A DNA stretch of 37,795 bases from IMG/VR virus record IMGVR_UViG_3300045988_085908. One strand, 5' to 3'. This DNA is from a virus. The translations under genes and the position numbers were made by a program. Positions within the stretch are counted from its first letter, which is position 1; the number at the start of each line of letters is the position of its first letter. The notes below the pieces were generated by a model, which saw only the letters and a list, made by a program, of their open reading frames with translations, searched no databases and was not told the origin of the DNA. Below, piece by piece: positions 1 to 5,744 of this stretch.

Positions 1-99
1 ATTTTTTTGCAACATATTGGTTTTTTTCACCTAATGAACGTTCCCGACTTAAAAGCATATATCCAACTGCAAATTTTAAGCCTACAACTTTCAGTGATC
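1..99. repeat. Terminal direct repeat copy 1, identical to 37697-37795. Interpreted as circular-contig overlap or terminal redundancy.
   Basis: Bases 1-99 match 37697-37795 base for base when read by eye. The ORF starting at 37513 continues in frame through the repeat to 482. Confidence 0.9.
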
Positions 100-482
100 G
101 GCTATCAAATATTTCTCCCAAGTTTGTAGAAGTTTACAATCAGGCATCCAGAGCTGAACACGAAGGCTTGAATGAAATTTGCGGTATCAGTTATAGACGT
201 GCCGAAGAATTCCTTGTAAAAGACTTTGCCAAACATCTGTATCCGGACAAAGCCGAAGAAATTATTAAGAGTTCATTAAGTCAGTGCATTTCTAAATACA
301 TTGAAAATTCCAATGTCAAAGAAATGGCAAAACGAACTACATGGCTCGGCAACGATCACGCGCATTATGTTTCTAAGCACCCAGATCAAGATTTAAGCGA
401 CTTAAAAGCCCTTCTATCTTTAACCATAAAATGGATTGATATGGAGTTGGAAACAGCGGAGTATATCAAAGCCCTTCCGTAA
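3..482 (+). CDS. C-terminal part of a zinc-ribbon/DUF4145-like protein. It continues the ORF that starts at 37513; the non-redundant protein is 221 aa.
   Basis: The frame is open from base 3 and is the same frame as track ORF 168-482. The stretches ISPKFVEVYNQASRAEHEGLNEICGISYRRAEEFLVKDF and WLGNDHAHY resemble the DUF4145 pattern (helical start, then GN..aH), recalled from memory. Confidence 0.7.
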   Translation, partial: FFATYWFFSPNERSRLKSIYPTANFKPTTFSDRLSNISPKFVEVYNQASRAEHEGLNEICGISYRRAEEFLVKDFAKHLYPDKAEEIIKSSLSQCISKYIENSNVKEMAKRTTWLGNDHAHYVSKHPDQDLSDLKALLSLTIKWIDMELETAEYIKALP

Positions 483-666
483 GTTCATCTTCTCTCACGT
501 CTTCAAACTCAACACTCAAGTCAAAGCAGCGAAGCTGGTGCATTGTTTTACTCAATGCGGCGGCTTCTTTTTCTGCCTGCTCAAGCAACTGCTTAAACGC
601 CTTTAAGTTCGTGACGCTGATTTTCAGTGTAGAACCGATAACGTATGCGTTGTCTTGTAATTTCAC
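466..666 (-). CDS. Hypothetical small protein, 66 aa, GTG start
   Basis: Track ORF 466-684. An internal GTG at 666 follows the strong SD GAGAGGAGGGGAG. It is convergent with the DUF4145-like ORF and overlaps its end by 17 nt. No family recognised. Confidence 0.45.
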   Translation of the reverse strand: MKLQDNAYVIGSTLKISVTNLKAFKQLLEQAEKEAAALSKTMHQLRCFDLSVEFEDVREDELTEGL

Positions 667-685
667 ACTCTCCCCTCCTCTCACC

Positions 686-714
686 TTGAAAAGTGTCTGC
701 TTTTGTTGTATAGT
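686..714 (+). promoter_or_regulatory. Sigma-A-type promoter for ORF 737-1255
   Basis: TTGAAA (686-691), 17-nt spacer, TATAGT (709-714), followed by AAAGGAG SD and ATG at 737. Confidence 0.6.
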
Positions 715-736
715 AGCCTGAAAGGAGTGAAATAAA

Positions 737-1255
737 ATGAATGTTGCAAATACGGAAATCGTAATTGACTTAAATCAAATTATTCCGATTGTTCTTTCCT
801 CAATCGTTTCCATCGTCGCCGTTTGCGTTTCGGCTTATCAAATTCATGCAAACACACGGCTGAAATTCAATGAGCTGTATTTATCCACACGAATTAAAGC
901 TTACTATGAGCTTCTGGATGCCGCTGCGGAATTGGAATGCGATTTAGAAACAGGTCAGTTAAGAGATCGTCGTCGGCTGCTCACAGCAAGCCAAAAAGCA
1001 CAAATCATATCAGACAGGTTAACCGCCGAAGTTATCAGCAATTTTTGTGCCGTTTACTACGATTACATTGAAGCCTCCGACGCAGGTGAGCTGAACGACG
1101 AAATCGTTAAAGACTTTCAGCAGGCTCTTTCTCTTCTCACTTCTTTTTTGCGTGAAGAAATCATGCTTCACGATAAGCAAAAGCACAGCTTATCCCACTA
1201 CTATTACAAACATCACAAGAAAGAACGGTGCAAGCACAGCGAAAAGAAGAATTAA
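737..1255 (+). CDS. Membrane-anchored orphan protein, 172 aa, single N-terminal TM helix
   Basis: It has its own promoter and SD. The hydrophobic stretch IIPIVLSSIVSIVAVCVSAYQI is followed by a helical soluble part and a His/Lys-rich tail. No family recognised. It runs antisense to the early operon. Confidence 0.7.
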   Translation: MNVANTEIVIDLNQIIPIVLSSIVSIVAVCVSAYQIHANTRLKFNELYLSTRIKAYYELLDAAAELECDLETGQLRDRRRLLTASQKAQIISDRLTAEVISNFCAVYYDYIEASDAGELNDEIVKDFQQALSLLTSFLREEIMLHDKQKHSLSHYYYKHHKKERCKHSEKKN

Positions 1256-1366
1256 GATTCTTGCTGTACGCTCAATGCTCCTTTTTCGTTCACGCTGTTC
1301 GTAGCGCTGCCAAAATCTTTCAGCATCGAACCTTTGATCCCAGTTGCGGCTTCGGTCTTTCTGCAT
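1190..1366 (-). CDS. Hypothetical tail-anchored small membrane protein, 58 aa
   Basis: ATG at 1366 follows GAGAGGAGGGGAGGAA. The C-terminus ILILLFAVLAPFFLVMFVIVVG is hydrophobic. It lies directly downstream of the cro-like gene. Its 3' end overlaps the 737-1255 ORF by 66 nt, convergently. Confidence 0.4.
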   Translation of the reverse strand: MQKDRSRNWDQRFDAERFWQRYEQRERKRSIERTARILILLFAVLAPFFLVMFVIVVG

Positions 1367-1402
1367 TTCCTCCCCTCCTCTCACCCCTTCTCTCACCTCT
1401 GC

Positions 1403-1600
1403 TTATTCATCATCATAAAACTGTGTCCATTCAAAATTCAAAGCAGATGCAATTTTCTTGGCAATATCTACATTCAACGGATTTCCACGCGTACCATTCT
1501 CAATTAACGAATAGTAACTCTGAGAAATGCCCGACAAATTTGCTGCCTCAGCAGTTGTCAGCCCCATCTGCTCACGAATTTGTTTAAGCCAAAAACGCAT
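1403..1600 (-). CDS. Cro-like XRE-family HTH regulator, 65 aa
   Basis: HTH_3-like GLTTAEAANLSGISQSYYSLIENG. GGAGGTGA SD lies 7 nt before the ATG. It is divergent from the S24 repressor gene and is the first gene of the minus-strand early direction. Confidence 0.85.
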   Translation of the reverse strand: MRFWLKQIREQMGLTTAEAANLSGISQSYYSLIENGTRGNPLNVDIAKKIASALNFEWTQFYDDE

Positions 1601-1641
1601 ATATCATCACCTCCAACCACTTTTTATTTCATTTCGTGTTA

Positions 1642-1670
1642 ATTATAGCATTTCAAAACGTGTTTGTCAA
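1642..1670 (-). promoter_or_regulatory. Early (PR-like) promoter with consensus hexamers
   Basis: The reverse complement reads TTGACA, 17 nt, TATAAT, about 40 nt upstream of the cro-like ATG. Confidence 0.75.
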
Positions 1671-1693
1671 CACAAAATGAAATTATTTTGTGT
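1670..1693. promoter_or_regulatory. Operator-like inverted repeat in the switch region
   Basis: ACACAAAAT, 6 nt, ATTTTGTGT: perfect 9-bp arms. It abuts the -35 of the leftward promoter (sharing base 1670) and overlaps the -35 of the rightward promoter. Confidence 0.55.
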
Positions 1694-1716
1694 CAAGCGT
1701 TATTTCATATTGTAAT
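1688..1716 (+). promoter_or_regulatory. Candidate repressor-maintenance promoter (weak)
   Basis: TTGTGT, 17 nt, TGTAAT, about 45 nt upstream of the repressor ATG at 1761. Confidence 0.4.
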
Positions 1717-1760
1717 TAAATACAATGTGTGATTAAATGTGTTTGAAAGCAGGTGGGAAA

Positions 1761-2396
1761 ATGTTTCAAATTCGTCTAAAAGAGCTTCGCGAAAAAGCGG
1801 GTTATTCTCAGCAAGGCTTTGCAAATGCAATCGGTGTAAAACAATCAACTGTCGGTAACTGGGAAGCTGGTGCCCGTGAGCCAAAGTTTGAAGTTATGGA
1901 GCGGTTAGCAGATTTTTTCGGCGTGTCTGTCGATTATCTTTTGGGGCGAGATACAGTTCAAAACAATACATATACAGAACATCTTAAATCCAGTAAAGAT
2001 GGTTCTAAATGGATTCCTGTCCTCGGCACTGTCGTTGCAGGTATCCCACTGGAAGCAGTCGAGGATATTATCGATTACGAGGAAATTTCTCCTCAAATGG
2101 CAGCACAAGGTGACTTCTTCGCGCTGCAAATCAAAGGTGACAGTATGGAACCGAAAATATCAAACGGTGATGTCGTGATCGTTCGCGCACAAGATGACTG
2201 CGACAGCGGTGACATCGCGATCGTCCTCGTGAACGGCAACGAGGCTACAGTAAAGCGCATAAAAAAAGGGCCCGAAGGCATCATGTTGATTCCCAACAAT
2301 CCGGCCTACGAGCCCATGTACTACTCAAATTCAGAAATCGAAAGTCTCCCCGTCCGCGTCATCGGTAAGGTGGTCGAGCTTCGAGCTAAGTTTTAA
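1761..2396 (+). CDS. CI-like repressor: XRE HTH fused to an S24 (LexA-type) autopeptidase
   Basis: N-terminal HTH (GYSQQGFANAIGVKQSTVGNWEAG). VVAGIP matches the LexA Ala-Gly cleavage context. GDSMEP supplies the Ser and ATVKRI the Lys of the catalytic dyad. Start moved to the ATG at 1761, after AGGTGGGAAA. Confidence 0.9.
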   Translation: MFQIRLKELREKAGYSQQGFANAIGVKQSTVGNWEAGAREPKFEVMERLADFFGVSVDYLLGRDTVQNNTYTEHLKSSKDGSKWIPVLGTVVAGIPLEAVEDIIDYEEISPQMAAQGDFFALQIKGDSMEPKISNGDVVIVRAQDDCDSGDIAIVLVNGNEATVKRIKKGPEGIMLIPNNPAYEPMYYSNSEIESLPVRVIGKVVELRAKF

Positions 2397-2407
2397 GGGG
2401 TGATAAA

Positions 2408-2845
2408 ATGTTGCCATTTTGGAATGACACAATTCATGGAATCGTAACGGACATTATGGCTTTCCTTTCATTAGTTCTAAGTATACATAGCGAAATAAAA
2501 GTGCACTCGTTTAAAAAACAATTTGCATCAAAAGTTAACAATATGAATTTTCATGAATACAAGGCAGATATGATCTCTGAACTCGAAAGAATCAAAGAAC
2601 AAATATCTATTGGGAATATCGGTTTACAGACTTTTAATGCTTTAGTTGTAGTTCTATCTTCAGCAACCTATTTTGCTCAAAATGTTCCTTTTTCTAAAAA
2701 AGATATTTCTGAGATTTCTTCCTTTTCAGATTTTATTCGTGAAATTTACCAAGACAGTAACAAGGCCAAAGATTTTGACTCAGGTAAAGCTTTATATCAA
2801 ATTCAACAAATAATTCTAATTTTAAAAAAAGGAGATAATCAATAA
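2408..2845 (+). CDS. Orphan protein, 145 aa, N-terminal hydrophobic helix, co-transcribed with the repressor
   Basis: It starts 11 nt after the repressor stop, behind GGGGTGA. It is AT-rich. No motif recognised. Confidence 0.75.
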   Translation: MLPFWNDTIHGIVTDIMAFLSLVLSIHSEIKVHSFKKQFASKVNNMNFHEYKADMISELERIKEQISIGNIGLQTFNALVVVLSSATYFAQNVPFSKKDISEISSFSDFIREIYQDSNKAKDFDSGKALYQIQQIILILKKGDNQ

Positions 2846-2847
2846 CA

Positions 2848-3270
2848 ATGGAAGCCAAGATTCAGCAGTTCATAACCACACTTACTAAAAAGACCATACG
2901 CGAAGAATTATTTTGGGCTCCAATATCAGAACTTTCAACAACAGAAAGCGGTTTTCCAGATATTGTGGATCAGACTGCGCGCCAGTTTTTTATGAACGAA
3001 TTCCGTCAAATTCTCCATAAAAATTCTTTTTTCTTTTATCATCAAGGCGGTGTGGTTGCACTAATTCGTATTGATAACATAAGTGGTAAAGACGGTTCTC
3101 ACAGTAGCGAATTTGCATTAGTAATGCAGATTCGTCCGAACACCCCTCCTTGTGCTTTTGACACGCCCGAGTTACAGGAATCACTTTCGTCTTTGTATAC
3201 TGCAATTCTTAACTACCTCAGCCGCGATTTGAAGATGCCAGATGATTTATACACATTCATGCAGTTTTAA
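2848..3270 (+). CDS. Orphan soluble protein, 140 aa, translationally coupled to ORF 2408-2845
   Basis: It starts 2 nt after the upstream stop. No motif recognised. Confidence 0.75.
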   Translation: MEAKIQQFITTLTKKTIREELFWAPISELSTTESGFPDIVDQTARQFFMNEFRQILHKNSFFFYHQGGVVALIRIDNISGKDGSHSSEFALVMQIRPNTPPCAFDTPELQESLSSLYTAILNYLSRDLKMPDDLYTFMQF

Positions 3271-3500
3271 TCGGGTTGATGCCTTTGTAGATACTGTAAG
3301 GTAAAAAACACGTTTGCTGGAATAGTCCATTCGACATTATAAAGCTCACACTGTGGGTTTACGCATTTACATTTGAATAAAGTGTCTCCTTTATCAGGCG
3401 GATATATTACACCTTGCTGTAAGCACTTTTTGCATACATCCACACGCAATACTTTGAGATATGGACTGTAATTATCTGTGCGACTTCTCTTTTTATCCAT
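3267..3500 (-). CDS. Small basic zinc-ribbon protein, 77 aa
   Basis: GGAAGGAGAGG SD lies 6 nt before the ATG. Cys pattern CKKC ... CKC ... C. It lies next to the attP candidate and int, and is convergent with the repressor operon. Confidence 0.7.
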   Translation of the reverse strand: MDKKRSRTDNYSPYLKVLRVDVCKKCLQQGVIYPPDKGDTLFKCKCVNPQCELYNVEWTIPANVFFTLQYLQRHQPD

Positions 3501-3539
3501 AGATAACCTCTCCTTCCAGAACGCATGTTCCTGTCTCTT

Positions 3540-3568
3540 ACCTTACTCACTAAAATCACTTTTGTCAA
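3540..3568 (-). promoter_or_regulatory. Candidate promoter of the zinc-ribbon ORF
   Basis: The reverse complement reads TTGACA, 17 nt, TAAGGT. Confidence 0.4.
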
Positions 3569-3605
3569 TGTTATGCGGCAAAGATGTCCTATCATGTCCG
3601 CTTTT

Positions 3606-3638
3606 TGAATATTATTCACCTGTTCTGAATATTATTCA
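3606..3638. promoter_or_regulatory. Two identical 13-bp palindromes (operator pair)
   Basis: TGAATA-T-TATTCA occurs at 3606-3618 and again at 3626-3638, 20 bp centre to centre. I did not see it anywhere else in the window. Confidence 0.6.
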
Positions 3639-3644
3639 TTCTGA

Positions 3645-3687
3645 TAAAAAGAAAAAAGCCCCGCCGGTGCTACCAACACCGACGAGG
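3645..3687 (-). terminator. Rho-independent terminator (minus strand)
   Basis: The minus-strand RNA forms an 11-bp stem, CCUCGUCGGUG/CACCGGCGGGG, with two G-U pairs and a 7-nt loop, followed by CUUUUUUCUUUUU. Confidence 0.7.
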
Positions 3688-3690
3688 CCG

Positions 3691-3752
3691 CCCGGGTCAC
3701 CCCGGTGGACAATATAGTCCCAAGCAAGCTATATTGTACCACCTGACCCGGG
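3691..3752. other. attP candidate: 62-bp imperfect palindrome upstream of the serine integrase
   Basis: CCCGGGTCAccccGGTGGACAATATAG, then 11 nt, then CTATATTGTACCACCTGACCCGGG. The arms differ only by small indels. It lies 84 nt upstream of the int ATG. Confidence 0.45.
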
Positions 3753-3835
3753 CAAAAGCAATAGCCCGGGCATTTTTATGCCCAATTTTAAACGCATATA
3801 AATAGAGCGGGATAAAAACAGGAGGTACATAAACA

Positions 3836-5329
3836 ATGAGATACGCGATATATCTGCGCAAAAGCCGTGCGGATGATACGTCCGAGCCGCTGGAGGTGAC
3901 CTTGCAGCGCCACCGCCAGATGCTCGAAAAATATATGCAGCAGCACGACATCGCCGTGCAGGACGAAGACGTTTTTGAAGAAGTCGTCTCCGGCGACAGC
4001 CTTTACGCGCGTCCGCAAATGCTGCGTCTGCTCGAGGCCGTCGAAGCGGGCACATACACCGGCGTGCTGTGCGTGGATATACAGCGCCTCGGGCGCGGTT
4101 CCATGCAGGACCAGGGCATGATCTTAGACGCGTTCAAGTGGTCTGACACGAAGATCATCACCCCCACGCGCACCTACGACCTCTCGAACGATATGGACGA
4201 GACCTACACCGAATTCGAGAGCTTTATGGGGCGGCAGGAGTACAAGATGATCAAAAAGCGCCTGCGCCGCGGATTGAACGCGACGATCGAAAACGGCGGC
4301 TATATCGCGAACGCACCGTATGGCTACGACAAGACGAAAATCGGTAAAACGCCCTCACTGAAGATCAATGAAGCCGAAGCGAAGTTTATCCACATGATTT
4401 TCGACCTCTACCAGGGCGGCATGGGAGCATTGACGATAGCAACGACGATTGATCGACTTGGAGCAAAGCCGCGCCGCGGCGAGCATTTTGCGCGCTCCAC
4501 AATACTCAAGATACTCAAAAACGACGTATACCGCGGGAAGATCGTCTGGAACCGAAAGACGTGCGTGCGCCCCGGACAGCGCGGAAATGAGCATCACCTC
4601 ACGATCTACAACGCTCCCGAAAAGTGGACTGTTGTTGACGGGCTGCACCCGGCGATTATCGACAACGAACAGTTTGAAGCCGTACAGCGGATCCTTGCAG
4701 GGCACTATCACCCACCTGCAAACACCGGCAAGCGCATAAATCCCTTAGCCGGTCTCGTACTGTGCGGAAACTGCGGGCGGCCTTTGCAGCGCATTGCAAT
4801 CCAGTCTGCCGGAGGGCCCTTGCTTGGCTGCCAAGTGCCCGGGTGCATCGTGTCCAGCAAGCTCGAATACGTCGAGCAAGCCGTTCTGCGGGAAATCCAA
4901 AAGGAGTTTGATAAGCTCTGCGCCAACGCGGAGCAGAAGCAGCAGGAAAGCCAAATTGACTACGCAGCCATGGCGAAGTCCATAGATGCCGAGATCAGTA
5001 CGGCACATCAGCAGCTCGGCCGCCTGTACGATCTGGTGGAACAGGGCGTGTACACCATCGAGGTGTTCAACGAGCGACGCGGTGCCTTGCTCAGCCGCAT
5101 ATCGGCGCTGGAAGATGAACGTAAGAACCTTGTCCCGCCCCAACAGCTCGACCTCGAAAAAATGCGTGCCAACATTGAAGCCGTGTTCGACGCCTACCCC
5201 ACCGCCGACTTCAACACGAAGAACCAACTACTGAAATCCATCATCGATAAGATCGTATATAACAAGCAAAAAGGCGTTCAACCAAAAGGGTTTACCCTCG
5301 AGGTTTTTTTACATTGCCTGTACTTATAG
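3836..5329 (+). CDS. int: Large serine recombinase (phage integrase)
   Basis: Resolvase-type N-terminus YLRKSR with the catalytic Ser context. A recombinase domain follows, then a CxxC...C..C zinc ribbon (CGNCGRPL ... CQVPGC) and a C-terminal coiled coil. AGGAGG SD. Confidence 0.9.
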   Translation: MRYAIYLRKSRADDTSEPLEVTLQRHRQMLEKYMQQHDIAVQDEDVFEEVVSGDSLYARPQMLRLLEAVEAGTYTGVLCVDIQRLGRGSMQDQGMILDAFKWSDTKIITPTRTYDLSNDMDETYTEFESFMGRQEYKMIKKRLRRGLNATIENGGYIANAPYGYDKTKIGKTPSLKINEAEAKFIHMIFDLYQGGMGALTIATTIDRLGAKPRRGEHFARSTILKILKNDVYRGKIVWNRKTCVRPGQRGNEHHLTIYNAPEKWTVVDGLHPAIIDNEQFEAVQRILAGHYHPPANTGKRINPLAGLVLCGNCGRPLQRIAIQSAGGPLLGCQVPGCIVSSKLEYVEQAVLREIQKEFDKLCANAEQKQQESQIDYAAMAKSIDAEISTAHQQLGRLYDLVEQGVYTIEVFNERRGALLSRISALEDERKNLVPPQQLDLEKMRANIEAVFDAYPTADFNTKNQLLKSIIDKIVYNKQKGVQPKGFTLEVFLHCLYL

Positions 5330-5366
5330 CTTGCACAATGCTTTGAATAACGAGATGCAAGCTATA
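5325..5366. terminator. Hairpin between convergent int and ORF 5374-5652
   Basis: Perfect 11-bp arms TATAGCTTGCA / TGCAAGCTATA with a 20-nt loop. There is no clear U-tract on either strand. Confidence 0.35.
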
Positions 5367-5373
5367 GAGTAGG

Positions 5374-5652
5374 TTAAAACGCCACAATAACCCTGTACCT
5401 CTCATCAAGCACTTCGCCGGTATTGCCCCGCTCATCAAGCTGCCAAGCGGTACGCGCAGAAAACAAGAACACATGCACGTGGTCGGTATGTACGGCGACG
5501 GCATAGACCGCCACGGTCGAAAGCGTTGTACTTGTTTGCTTGTCGTCGTATGAAAGCAAAAGCGTCGCGTTGTCGAGGTCATTTTCAAACGGCGTGTGCT
5601 CTACACGTTCAGCCCAACGGTCAAATTTTGTTCTAATCTGCTCTTTTGTCAT
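5374..5652 (-). CDS. Orphan protein, 92 aa, with its own promoter (moron-like)
   Basis: AAAGAGAGG SD. The promoter at 5673-5702 lies upstream. It sits between the lysis cassette and int. No family recognised. Confidence 0.7.
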   Translation of the reverse strand: MTKEQIRTKFDRWAERVEHTPFENDLDNATLLLSYDDKQTSTTLSTVAVYAVAVHTDHVHVFLFSARTAWQLDERGNTGEVLDERYRVIVAF

Positions 5653-5672
5653 AGCTACCTCTCTTTTGACAT

Positions 5673-5702
5673 ATCATAGCAGATTTTTGCAGGCCTGTTC
5701 AA
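5673..5702 (-). promoter_or_regulatory. Promoter of ORF 5374-5652
   Basis: The reverse complement reads TTGAAC, 18 nt, TATGAT, with a TG at the extended -10 position. Confidence 0.6.
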
Positions 5703-5709
5703 GATTTTC

Positions 5710-5738
5710 CTGACATTTTTGCCGTACCTTTTTATAAT
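5710..5738 (+). promoter_or_regulatory. Near-consensus plus-strand promoter with no ORF behind it
   Basis: CTGACA, 17 nt, TATAAT. It stands back to back with the 5673-5702 promoter and is followed by two hairpins with U-runs. Confidence 0.5.
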
Positions 5739-5744
5739 ATGGTC

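Noticed and set aside
670-1385. A 16-nt direct repeat, CTCCCCTCCTCTCACC, at 670-685 and 1370-1385, exactly 700 bp apart
   Set aside because: Each copy is the reverse complement of an extended Shine-Dalgarno (GGTGAGAGGAGGGGAG) just upstream of a small minus-strand ORF. Shared translation signals explain it better than a recombination or regulatory repeat.
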